From NCBI GenBank assembly GCA_036478295.1, contig JAZGDW010000201.1:1-34557 (forward strand): DNA of 34,557 nt, written 5' to 3'. This DNA comes from Candidatus Krumholzibacteriia bacterium (GTDB lineage Bacteria; Krumholzibacteriota; Krumholzibacteriia; WVZY01). Below the pieces are notes generated by a model. It had not been told where the DNA came from and made no database searches. It saw nothing but the letters and a program-made list of their open reading frames with translations. The position numbers and the translations under genes are program-made. Below are positions 10,066 through 17,895 of the stretch, piece after piece (the first letter of the stretch is position 1; every line of letters begins with the position of its first letter).

Positions 10066-10583
10066 TCTTCCTCGAGATGGGACATGAGGTCAGTGCTGGT
10101 CGTCGCCCATTGGCCCTTCATGATTGGATAATCCTTGCGCAGGGCGTGGCCCTCGAATTCGCTGTGGCACAGAATCCGGGACAAATTGGGATGGCCTTCG
10201 AAATGGAAACCGAACATGTCGTACGCTTCACGTTCCGCCCAGTTGGCCGAATGCCAGATGTCCGACACCGAAGGGACGTTCATGTCGTCCTCGGGCACGT
10301 TTACCTTGACCCGCAACCGCAGATCGTTCGCGATCGAGTAGAGGATGTAGACCAACTGGAAGCGGTCCTTGTGCTCCACCCCGAGCAGGTCGACGCCGGC
10401 GATGTCCGACAGCAGATCGAAACCCTGCTCGCGGAAAAATTTAAGGACTTCATGGCACTGCGCGCGCTTGACGAGGATCACCAGGTCGTCGTACGGGCGT
10501 TCGCTGCCCTCGATCGCACCGGGGACCCGTTGCTCGACGGCCGTCAGGAGTTCTTCGAGTTTTTGTTTTTCGTTGTGAGTCAT
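10062..10583 (-). CDS. nuoC: NADH-quinone oxidoreductase subunit C
   Basis: 173 aa from ATG 10583 (ATGA overlap with the nuoB stop); ANWAEREAYDMFG.HFEGHPNL.RIL...GHALRKDYP signature. Confidence 0.95.
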   Translation of the reverse strand: MTHNEKQKLEELLTAVEQRVPGAIEGSERPYDDLVILVKRAQCHEVLKFFREQGFDLLSDIAGVDLLGVEHKDRFQLVYILYSIANDLRLRVKVNVPEDDMNVPSVSDIWHSANWAEREAYDMFGFHFEGHPNLSRILCHSEFEGHALRKDYPIMKGQWATTSTDLMSHLEEE

Positions 10584-11062
10584 CGTGCCGGCGTCCGATC
10601 GATCTTTTGCTGCAGTTTCAAGATGGCGTCGAGAACAGCCTCGGGCCTGGGCGGGCACCCCGGTATAAAAACATCCACCGGGATGATCTGATTGATGCCC
10701 TGGATGGTCGCGTAGTTGTCGTAGAAGCCGCCGGAGCAGGCGCAGGCACCCATCGACACCACGTACTTCGGTTCACATACCTGGTCGTAGATGCGCTTGA
10801 GTATCGGTCCCATCTTGTAGTTGATGGTACCGGCGACGATTATCATATCGGACTGGCGGGGTGAGAAACGCACCAGTTCGGCGCCGAAGCGCGAGATGTC
10901 GAATTCGGCGGACACCACACCCATGAACTCGATGGCACAGCACGCCGTTCCGAAGGGGAGCGGCCACAGTGAGTTCTTGCGTCCCCACTTGATCACCTCG
11001 TCCATACGCGTGGTGACGACGCCGGTCTCCGCCTTGGTCACCGTTGTACCTTTTACTCCCAT
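10580..11062 (-). CDS. nuoB: NADH-quinone oxidoreductase subunit B
   Basis: 160 aa from ATG 11062, overlapping the end of nuoA; FGTACCAIE, SPRQSD, SMGACA, IPGCPPRPE motifs. Confidence 0.96.
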   Translation of the reverse strand: MGVKGTTVTKAETGVVTTRMDEVIKWGRKNSLWPLPFGTACCAIEFMGVVSAEFDISRFGAELVRFSPRQSDMIIVAGTINYKMGPILKRIYDQVCEPKYVVSMGACACSGGFYDNYATIQGINQIIPVDVFIPGCPPRPEAVLDAILKLQQKIDRTPAR

Positions 11063-11415
11063 TCCAGCGCTCCCTTTTTCCATACGTACGCCAGGCCCAG
11101 CAGCAGGATCGTCAGGAAGACGCCCATTTCGATCAGCCCGAACAGACCGAGACGCCTGAAAATGACCGCCCACGGAAAGATAAAAATCGTTTCAACGTCG
11201 AATATGAGAAAGAGCAGCGCGACCAGAAAGAATTTCACGGAAAATCGCCGGCGCGGGTTGCCGGTGGGGTCGACGCCGCACTCGAAAGGCAGGTCTTTCC
11301 CCGTGGTCGGGCGCTTCGGTCCGGCCAGCGATGCGATTCCCACCAGCATGACCGGTATGGCGACGGAAAGAACGAGCAATATGAGCAGAGGCGAATACTT
11401 GTCCGCGAGGGGCAT
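11053..11415 (-). CDS. nuoA: NADH-quinone oxidoreductase subunit A
   Basis: 120 aa; PFECG, FLIFDVE..FIFPWA, W.KGALEW motifs. Confidence 0.97.
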   Translation of the reverse strand: MPLADKYSPLLILLVLSVAIPVMLVGIASLAGPKRPTTGKDLPFECGVDPTGNPRRRFSVKFFLVALLFLIFDVETIFIFPWAVIFRRLGLFGLIEMGVFLTILLLGLAYVWKKGALEWE

Positions 11416-11478
11416 GGGTCACAGGCCTTTACGAAAGAGGCGCCGGCTAAGCCCGACGCCGCCATCAACCCTAATACT

Positions 11479-11496
11479 TTGTGCAATTTTTCACAA
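11479..11496. promoter_or_regulatory. Rex-type operator (imperfect palindrome) upstream of nuoA
   Basis: TTGTGCA-ATTT-TTCACAA matches the Rex consensus TTGTGAA-N4-TTCACAA with one mismatch, just downstream of the predicted nuo promoter. Confidence 0.75.
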
Positions 11497-11510
11497 ATAT
11501 ATTCTTAACG

Positions 11511-11539
11511 AAATTATCCCGTTTCTTGAGAAATGTCAA
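11511..11539 (-). promoter_or_regulatory. sigma70-type promoter of the nuo operon
   Basis: Minus strand reads TTGACA-17 nt-TAATTT (GATAAT at 15 nt is an alternative -10) within an AT-rich island. Confidence 0.7.
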
Positions 11540-11670
11540 GCGGTTCAGGTCCACTTTGGCCGGTACCCAGTGCGGCTTACCGAGCGTACCCGCAAGGGGT
11601 GCTTGCGCCGCCTGCGGAGCACGCGCCATGCTACCCATTCTGCCCGTCGCCGCCGACGGGGGCGGCTGCA

Positions 11671-11699
11671 TTGACGCCGCCTGAACCATCCCCTACACT
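11671..11699 (+). promoter_or_regulatory. sigma70-type promoter of the methyltransferase gene (leaderless geometry)
   Basis: TTGACG-17 nt-TACACT, with ATG 11707 seven nt after the -10 and no SD. Confidence 0.65.
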
Positions 11700-11706
11700 G
11701 CGGCGT

Positions 11707-12465
11707 ATGCCGCCGTACGAAGACGCTCTCCCGCATCTCGCAGCCGGCAAGTCGGCCGACGAAGAAGACTTGATCATTCGGAGGCGCTACCGTCTTGCCC
11801 GAAAATTCATGCCCCCTTCAGGAGAAATCCTGCTCGACTTTGGGTGCGGGACCGGGGCACAAACCCTGCTTTTCGCACCGCACTTCCCGGTGACTATCGG
11901 CGTCGACATTAATATACGGTCGCTCGAGCGGCTCAAGGCGGCCGCCGATGCCCGTGTTCCGCAGCGGTGCGTCGGCCCTGTCTACTACGATGGTATCCGC
12001 CTGCCGCTCGGCAGGAGCAGTGTCGACTACGCGATCTCCTTCGAGGTTCTCGAGCATGTGACAGACGAGCAGGAGGCTCTCGACGAGTTGAGCCGCGTGA
12101 TTCGTCCGGGCGGCGTTCTCGTCCTGTCCGTACCCAATCGCTGGTGGATTTTTGAAACGCACGGCGCGGATCTGCCGCTGCTCCCGTGGAACCGCGTCCC
12201 GTTCTTCAGCTGGCTCCCGAAGCGCCTGCACGACCGTTATGCGAGAGCGCGCAATTATACGAGGACCGAGATAGTGCGCAAGATCGAGCATGTTGGTTTT
12301 ACCGTTCTAGAAAGTGTCTATGTTACGGCCCCGATGGATGTCGTCAAATGGTCGCCTCTGCGAAATGCGCTCCGCAAGACATTCTTTCGTTCGGACTGGA
12401 CGCGGCTCGCTCCCCTGGCCACAGCAATCTTGACGGTCGCAAAGAGAGACGGCGGAGGAACTTGA
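11707..12465 (+). CDS. Class I SAM-dependent methyltransferase (Methyltransf_11-like)
   Basis: LLDFGCGTG motif I, D..ISFEVLEHV, RVIRPGG.LVLSVPN; start moved from 11533 to ATG 11707 on promoter position. Confidence 0.88.
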   Translation: MPPYEDALPHLAAGKSADEEDLIIRRRYRLARKFMPPSGEILLDFGCGTGAQTLLFAPHFPVTIGVDINIRSLERLKAAADARVPQRCVGPVYYDGIRLPLGRSSVDYAISFEVLEHVTDEQEALDELSRVIRPGGVLVLSVPNRWWIFETHGADLPLLPWNRVPFFSWLPKRLHDRYARARNYTRTEIVRKIEHVGFTVLESVYVTAPMDVVKWSPLRNALRKTFFRSDWTRLAPLATAILTVAKRDGGGT

Positions 12466-12493
12466 CAGTCCGTGGGCGTATCCGCCGGCAACC

Positions 12494-12522
12494 TTGACAA
12501 GGCACGTCGTCCGTGGTAACCT
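12494..12522 (+). promoter_or_regulatory. sigma70-type promoter (extended -10) of the secreted beta-helix protein
   Basis: TTGACA-17 nt-TAACCT preceded by TGn. Confidence 0.65.
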
Positions 12523-12594
12523 TCCGGTAAATCCCACCTGACCGTGCCTATCGCTCGTGGTCCTCGCGCGCCCTTCATTGCGGAGGTGATTGCA

Positions 12595-14646
12595 GTGTTA
12601 CCCAAACTCTGCTGCCGCCTGGGGTTGTCTTTCCTGCTCGCTTTTTTCATACTGCCCCTTTCTATACAGGCAACTGTTTTAACCGTCCGTCAGGACGGAA
12701 GCGGTGATTTCTTGACCATAACCGATGCGGTCACCGCCGCCGTTTCCGGCGATACCGTTGAGGTCGGCCCCGGCACGTACCCGGAAGAAGTGGACATCTT
12801 CATCCGCCTGGTTTTCACCTCGACCAACGGTCCGGCCGTTACCATCGTGGATGGACAAGACACACGTCATCACTTGTGGTTTCTTGGCGGTGGACCCGGC
12901 AGCGAAGTGAACGGTTTCAAGTTCATAAATGGGTTCAACCCAAGCGGCGGTGGATCGATTCGCGTCCAGGGCGGTGCCACGCTGACTATTCAGAATTGTG
13001 ACTTCGAAAACAACTCGTCGGCTTTTGACGGCGCGGCACTGTTCGCCCGCGACTTTGGGTCTGAATTGCACGTTGAGAACTCCACGTTCACCGGCAACCA
13101 CGCGACCCACAATGGAGGCGCCGGCAACGCCATTCTCGGCGCCCGTTTGACTGTCACTGATTGCACCTTTCTGCAGAATTCCTCCGGTGAGGTCTCCGCC
13201 GGACTTGGGTGCAACGATAGCAGTATGGACGTCATCGGATGCGTGTTCACCGGCAACGTGTCCGCGGATCTGGCCGGGGCCATACACTATTTCCGATCCA
13301 CCGGTCTTGTTGCCAACAACACGTTTCATGAAAACACGTCACCGGGACCGAACGCCGGAACGGTCGTCATGCAACAGAGCACAGGCACTACTGTGTCGAG
13401 GAACATCTTTTCGGGGGATACCGCGGGACCCGGTATCTCCTACGTGGAAGGGAGCGGATCGCACTCGTGTAACGTCTTCTGGGGCAATGCGGATGGCCCC
13501 ATAAGAGGCGGCGCGTTGGCAGGCGACGAGGTCGTGGCCGATCCTGTCTTCTGCCGTGCCGCGGCAGGCGATTTCACCATATCCACCCATTCGCCGGCGT
13601 CGGCGGCAAATAGTGCCTGCGGCCTGCTCATCGGGGCCTTGCCCGAAGCGTGCAGCATCGAGCCACCGTCCGCTGCACCGGCAATCATCAGCATCCTTGA
13701 CATACCTAACGATAACGGGCGGCAGGTTCGCATCAAATGGGCGAAATCCTCGCACGACGCCTCGGGTCAACCGTTCGTCATAACCGAGTATGGCATATAT
13801 CGGTTTCAGGGACTCCTGGCCGCACCGCGAGTGCCGCCCACCGACCTGCCACGATCGCGGAGCGTCACCATCGACGGTTGGGATTTCATAGCCACCGTGC
13901 CCGCTAGAGGCGACGACGTCTACCAGTTTGTGGCCCCGACGCTCTGCGATTCGACGATTGCAGACGGCATGTGCTGGTCTGTATTCTTTGTCTCAGCCAT
14001 GACGCCGGATCCACTGGTCTTCTTCGATTCCCCACCGGACAGCGGTTACTCTGTCGACAACGTTCCGCCGCAGATGCCTCAGGGGCTGTCGGTCACCTTG
14101 CAGGCGACCGGCAACCTACTCGCGTGGGACTCCTCCCCGGACGCCGATTTCGACGTGTTCAACATTTATCGCGGACCCACGGAGAACTTCACACCCGGCG
14201 CCGCGACGCTTGTGAATTCGCTACCGGAAAACCAGTGGACGGATCCGGTGGCAAACACGACGCCGCACTTTTACAAAATCAGTGCGGTCGACGATGCCGG
14301 CAACGAGAGCGAAGCGGCGTCACCGGAAACGGTCGTCGGCATTGCAACTCTCGCCATACCGACCACATACCGTCTGCACCAGAACGCCCCCAACCCGTTC
14401 AATCCATCGACCATCATCCGCTACGATGTTCCCCGTGGTGGAGGTCACGTGACGCTGCAAATCTTTGATGTGAGTGGCAGACTCGTCCGAACGGTGTTCA
14501 ACCGCTTCGAATCCGCCGGGACGGGAAAATCCGTGGTATGGGATGCTCGGGCCAACAATGGGCAGAGAGTCAGCTCAGGCGTTTATTTCTACCGGTTGAC
14601 CGCTGCGGGATTCGCAGAAACACGGAAGATGACCCTTCTCGAATAG
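12595..14646 (+). CDS. Secreted right-handed beta-helix (pectin-lyase-like) protein with Fn3-like and FlgD-Ig/T9SS-like C-terminal domains
   Basis: GGAGGTG SD, then GTG 12595 and a signal peptide; V.QDGSGDFLTITDAV...GDTV.VGPGTY cap; F..N.. beta-helix repeats; DNVPP..P..L...YKISAVD.AGNES Fn3-like domain; LHQNAPNPFNPST.I.Y...SSGVYFYRL...TRKMTLLE tail. Confidence 0.8.
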   Translation: MLPKLCCRLGLSFLLAFFILPLSIQATVLTVRQDGSGDFLTITDAVTAAVSGDTVEVGPGTYPEEVDIFIRLVFTSTNGPAVTIVDGQDTRHHLWFLGGGPGSEVNGFKFINGFNPSGGGSIRVQGGATLTIQNCDFENNSSAFDGAALFARDFGSELHVENSTFTGNHATHNGGAGNAILGARLTVTDCTFLQNSSGEVSAGLGCNDSSMDVIGCVFTGNVSADLAGAIHYFRSTGLVANNTFHENTSPGPNAGTVVMQQSTGTTVSRNIFSGDTAGPGISYVEGSGSHSCNVFWGNADGPIRGGALAGDEVVADPVFCRAAAGDFTISTHSPASAANSACGLLIGALPEACSIEPPSAAPAIISILDIPNDNGRQVRIKWAKSSHDASGQPFVITEYGIYRFQGLLAAPRVPPTDLPRSRSVTIDGWDFIATVPARGDDVYQFVAPTLCDSTIADGMCWSVFFVSAMTPDPLVFFDSPPDSGYSVDNVPPQMPQGLSVTLQATGNLLAWDSSPDADFDVFNIYRGPTENFTPGAATLVNSLPENQWTDPVANTTPHFYKISAVDDAGNESEAASPETVVGIATLAIPTTYRLHQNAPNPFNPSTIIRYDVPRGGGHVTLQIFDVSGRLVRTVFNRFESAGTGKSVVWDARANNGQRVSSGVYFYRLTAAGFAETRKMTLLE

Positions 14647-14711
14647 TCGGTGTTCAGATCTAGGCAAAAGGCGGATTGGGGACGAACCTGATCCGCCTTT
14701 TTTCTATGGAA

Positions 14712-14740
14712 TTGTCATCGTACGTTCCCGGTGTTATCAT
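14712..14740 (+). promoter_or_regulatory. sigma70-type promoter (extended -10)
   Basis: TTGTCA-17 nt-TATCAT preceded by TGn, upstream of ATG 14766. Confidence 0.6.
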
Positions 14741-14765
14741 ACACGGACACGGGCAGCGTGATCGT

Positions 14766-15455
14766 ATGGCGTATTTCAAGAAACTAGGCATCTTCGTAAA
14801 GACCCCGCGGCCGGGCAAGGTCAAGACCCGCCTGGTGCCGCCGCTTTCTGCCGAAGAGGCCTGCGACCTCTACCGGGCGTTCCTGCAGGACCTCTTCGGA
14901 CGGCTCGACCGGCTGAAGAAGATCGATGCCACCGTCTTCTACGCAGGCGACGACGAGGGGGAAATGGACGGACTCGTCCCCAAGCGCTTCCGGATACAGC
15001 GGCAGCAAGGCGACAACCTCGGGGAGCGCCTGCGGAGCGCCTTTGGACATCTGCTGCGGCAGGACAACGACATGGCTGTGATCATCGGCTCGGACAGTCC
15101 TGACATTCCCCTGGTGTTCTTGAAGCGCGCCTGGCTAAAGCTCAAACACAAGGACGTGGTCCTCGGCCCTTCGTCCGACGGCGGCTACTACCTCATCGGA
15201 CTCAAGAAAGCCGCCGATCCGCTCTTCAACGGGGTGGCGTGGGGTGGTGAAACGGTGCTCGAGCAGACGCTCGCTCGCATCCACGAGCACGATCTCGCGT
15301 TTTCCCTCCTTCCCCTGTGGTACGACGTGGACAACGCGCACTCGCTGGCGCTCCTGCGAAGTATGGTGTTTGCCAGGCGGATCGAGCACCGCGACCGGCT
15401 GCACAACACCGAGCGGGTGCTGGACGAGTTGAATAAGCGCACACCGGGCGTGTAG
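14766..15455 (+). CDS. TIGR04282/DUF2064 family transferase (CofC-like, annotated as arsenosugar biosynthesis glycosyltransferase)
   Basis: FVKTPRPGKVKTRL, QQGDNLGERL, IIGSDSP, VVLGPSSDGGYYLIG, WYDVD motifs; start at ATG 14766, downstream of the promoter. Confidence 0.85.
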   Translation: MAYFKKLGIFVKTPRPGKVKTRLVPPLSAEEACDLYRAFLQDLFGRLDRLKKIDATVFYAGDDEGEMDGLVPKRFRIQRQQGDNLGERLRSAFGHLLRQDNDMAVIIGSDSPDIPLVFLKRAWLKLKHKDVVLGPSSDGGYYLIGLKKAADPLFNGVAWGGETVLEQTLARIHEHDLAFSLLPLWYDVDNAHSLALLRSMVFARRIEHRDRLHNTERVLDELNKRTPGV

Positions 15456-15467
15456 TGACAAAATCCC

Positions 15468-16199
15468 ATGTTTCTTCCGCTGAAAGACATCAACCCGACC
15501 CGGCGATTCCCCTTCGTCACGATTGCTTTCATTGCGATAAACGTGGTCGTTTTTTTGTACGAAGTCGCGCTGGGGCCGCACATAAATGCGTTCATCTCCG
15601 CCTGGGGGATTGTCCCGTATGAGATCACACACGGCGTGGATCTGGTCGGGCCCACAGCGGGCGGTCGCATTTATCACGCCGAAGGGCCTTCTATCATTTT
15701 TGCCACGCTGTTCTCATCCATGTTTATCCACGGAGGGTTTCTTCACATTTTCGGCAACATGCTCTATCTGTGGATTTTCGGCAACAACATCGAGGATCTT
15801 CTGGGTCCGGCGAAATTCTTCGTGTTCTACATCGTGTGCGGGCTGATCGCGGGTGGGGCGCACATCGCCACCCAACCCAACTCGGCAGTCCCTACTGTGG
15901 GCGCAAGCGGTGCGGTTGCAGGTGTACTCGGCGCATACCTGATCGCCTACCCGCGCGCGCGTGTCTTGACCCTCGTTTTTGTGTTCATTTTCATTCGGGT
16001 CATGATGATCCCCGCCAGTTTTCTTCTTGTGTTCTGGTTCATTATTCAGATCTTCAGCGGTGTGGGGTCGCTGGGTGCGGGCAGCGGTGTGGCCTGGTTT
16101 GCACACATCGGGGGTTTCATCGGTGGCATCGTACTCTTGAAGTTGATGGCCGGCCGCCGGCTGGCGTGGCGCGGGGTCAGGAGCAATGATGACTGGTGA
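15468..16199 (+). CDS. Rhomboid family intramembrane serine protease
   Basis: SMFIHGGFLHIFGNMLYLWIFGNNIE, GASGA (catalytic Ser), AWFAHIGGF (catalytic His), several TM segments. Confidence 0.95.
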   Translation: MFLPLKDINPTRRFPFVTIAFIAINVVVFLYEVALGPHINAFISAWGIVPYEITHGVDLVGPTAGGRIYHAEGPSIIFATLFSSMFIHGGFLHIFGNMLYLWIFGNNIEDLLGPAKFFVFYIVCGLIAGGAHIATQPNSAVPTVGASGAVAGVLGAYLIAYPRARVLTLVFVFIFIRVMMIPASFLLVFWFIIQIFSGVGSLGAGSGVAWFAHIGGFIGGIVLLKLMAGRRLAWRGVRSNDDW

Positions 16200-16208
16200 G
16201 TGCGGGGG

Positions 16209-16856
16209 CTAGAGCAGGTGCTGCGGGGGTGTGTTGGGCGCGTAACGAACCGCACCGTTCAAGTGACTGATGTCGTTCAGTACTTCGATACGCGGCGCAT
16301 TCATCGGAAAGATAATCTTGGTGATGGAGCAGTTTCGTATCTTGAACCGCCACAGATCGTCGAGCTTGAGTCCGAGCAAACTGGTCAGGTACGCGCAAAT
16401 CACGCCGCCGTGGGCGAAGATCACCACGCCGGCGTCCGGGTGTCGGTCGCGGATGCCCTCGATCTCGCGTGTGACCCGCCGCCTGAACGAACGAAGCGGC
16501 TCGGCCCCCTCGATCCGAACCTGCGACGGCGCCCGGAACCACAGCTCGGTCGCTTCCGGCTCACGTTGCTTGAGCTCGCTCGCCTTGACCCCCTCCCATA
16601 CCCCGAGCTTCATTTCGCGCAGTGCGTCGCGGGACTCGATGGGCAGCCGGTGGCCCAGAGCGATGCGCCCGGTCTCCTGCGCCCGGATCGATGTACTCGA
16701 ATAAGCGGCATCGATCTTCTCCAGGTCGAGCCGCACTTTCAGATACCCGGCCTGCTCCCGGCCGAGGTCACTCAGATCGCAGTCCATGTACCCCTGGATG
16801 CGACCGTCTCGGTTCCATTCGGATTCGCCGTGCCGGATCATCAACAGTCGCTGCAT
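16209..16856 (-). CDS. Histidine phosphatase / phosphoglycerate mutase family protein (CobC/GpmB-like)
   Basis: 215 aa from ATG 16856 with AAGGAG upstream; RHGESEWN, LRE..G.WEG, FAHGG motifs. Confidence 0.92.
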   Translation of the reverse strand: MQRLLMIRHGESEWNRDGRIQGYMDCDLSDLGREQAGYLKVRLDLEKIDAAYSSTSIRAQETGRIALGHRLPIESRDALREMKLGVWEGVKASELKQREPEATELWFRAPSQVRIEGAEPLRSFRRRVTREIEGIRDRHPDAGVVIFAHGGVICAYLTSLLGLKLDDLWRFKIRNCSITKIIFPMNAPRIEVLNDISHLNGAVRYAPNTPPQHLL

Positions 16857-16967
16857 GAAGCTCCTTGGGTTGCCATCGAAGAATGAGAGGGACGTTTCCA
16901 CGTGATTTCGAGTATAATAAAAGACCCGATGGAAAGAAAACACTATTGCCCAAGGAGAGCACAACCG

Positions 16968-17726
16968 GTGAGCAGAGTAAGCCCATTCATAATCGCAATG
17001 AGCATCGCATTGTTCGTCATTCCCTCCCTCGCCGTGGGTCATCCCGCCAAGGACGTGATCGACCTCATCTGGAAATATATGGGCGGCAAGGAAAACTTTC
17101 AAAAGGCACGTTACGTCCATTTTACGTGGGCCTACGAACAGGAGGGGACCGTGATCGTATCCCGCGACCACACCTGGGATCGATATAGTGGTGATTACGT
17201 ACTCGGGATGAAGGACAAGGAGAGCGGCGCCGACATCAAGGTGTATTTCAATGTCGAGACCAGGAAGGGCGTGGCGCTCAGGAACGGCACGGCCCTCGAG
17301 GGTCAGGAGGCCAAGGAGATGCTTGACCGTGCCTACAGTATTTTTATCAATGACACCTACTGGCTCCTCGCCCACACCAAACTCGAGGACTACGGGGCTC
17401 GGCTGAGGTTCGACACGCACGAGGAAACGGAGGAGTTCGGCACCTTGCTCGTACTACACCTCTCCTTCGAGGAGGTCGGGCTCACGCCGGGCGACCAGTA
17501 CTGGATTTATTCCACTGTGAAGGGGAAGGTCGTGAAGTGGCGTTACAAGCTGGAGGGTGGCACGGAAGGCGAGTCCCTGTGGCAGGAGGAGAAGGACTGC
17601 GGTATGGGCCTGCGCTTCTGCGCCCGAAAAGCCGCGCCGGACGGCAAGAAAGCCATCATCTTCCCGGCGATCGAGTTCACAGCGTCGATGGACCCGGCGA
17701 CCTTCGAGGCCCCGGGTACCCCGTGA
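16968..17726 (+). CDS. Secreted hypothetical protein (FINDTYWL motif, possibly DUF6503-like)
   Basis: AAGGAG SD, then GTG 16968 (alternative ATG 16929); signal peptide; MGG..F, H.WDR..G, FINDTYWLL, VGLTPGD.YW; TATAAT at 16913-16918. Confidence 0.7.
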   Translation: MSRVSPFIIAMSIALFVIPSLAVGHPAKDVIDLIWKYMGGKENFQKARYVHFTWAYEQEGTVIVSRDHTWDRYSGDYVLGMKDKESGADIKVYFNVETRKGVALRNGTALEGQEAKEMLDRAYSIFINDTYWLLAHTKLEDYGARLRFDTHEETEEFGTLLVLHLSFEEVGLTPGDQYWIYSTVKGKVVKWRYKLEGGTEGESLWQEEKDCGMGLRFCARKAAPDGKKAIIFPAIEFTASMDPATFEAPGTP

Positions 17727-17760
17727 CACCCACGCTCAAGACCCGCCAAAGAGGACGGTT

Positions 17761-17799
17761 GCCGGGCTGCGGGCGGCCCTGCGGTGGCCCGGTGTTTTT
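17761..17799 (+). terminator. Probable intrinsic terminator
   Basis: GC-rich inverted repeat (CCGGGC...GCCCGG) followed by TGTTTTT, 35 nt after stop 17726. Confidence 0.55.
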
Positions 17800-17895
17800 C
17801 GCCATTTTCTCACCAACTTAAGCTATAATTGGTGGTACTTATTATAGTTATTCGAAGGAATGTCGGCCAACGGTTGGAACGGAAGGTAACCGAAG

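Noticed and set aside
22..10691. Long plus-strand ORFs over the nuo operon (e.g. 22-999, 1036-1923, 5440-6840, 8920-10131)
   Set aside because: Antisense shadows of well-supported nuo genes in GC-rich DNA, with no recognisable motifs.
11707..15455. Arsenosugar biosynthesis cluster (ArsM-like methyltransferase plus TIGR04282)
   Set aside because: The methyltransferase lacks the ArsM-type conserved cysteine pattern as far as I can see, there is no radical SAM gene, and the two genes have separate promoters.
16857..17420. N-terminal extension making the phosphatase 403 aa
   Set aside because: It is antisense to the 16968-17726 gene; the RHG motif and an SD place the start at 16856.
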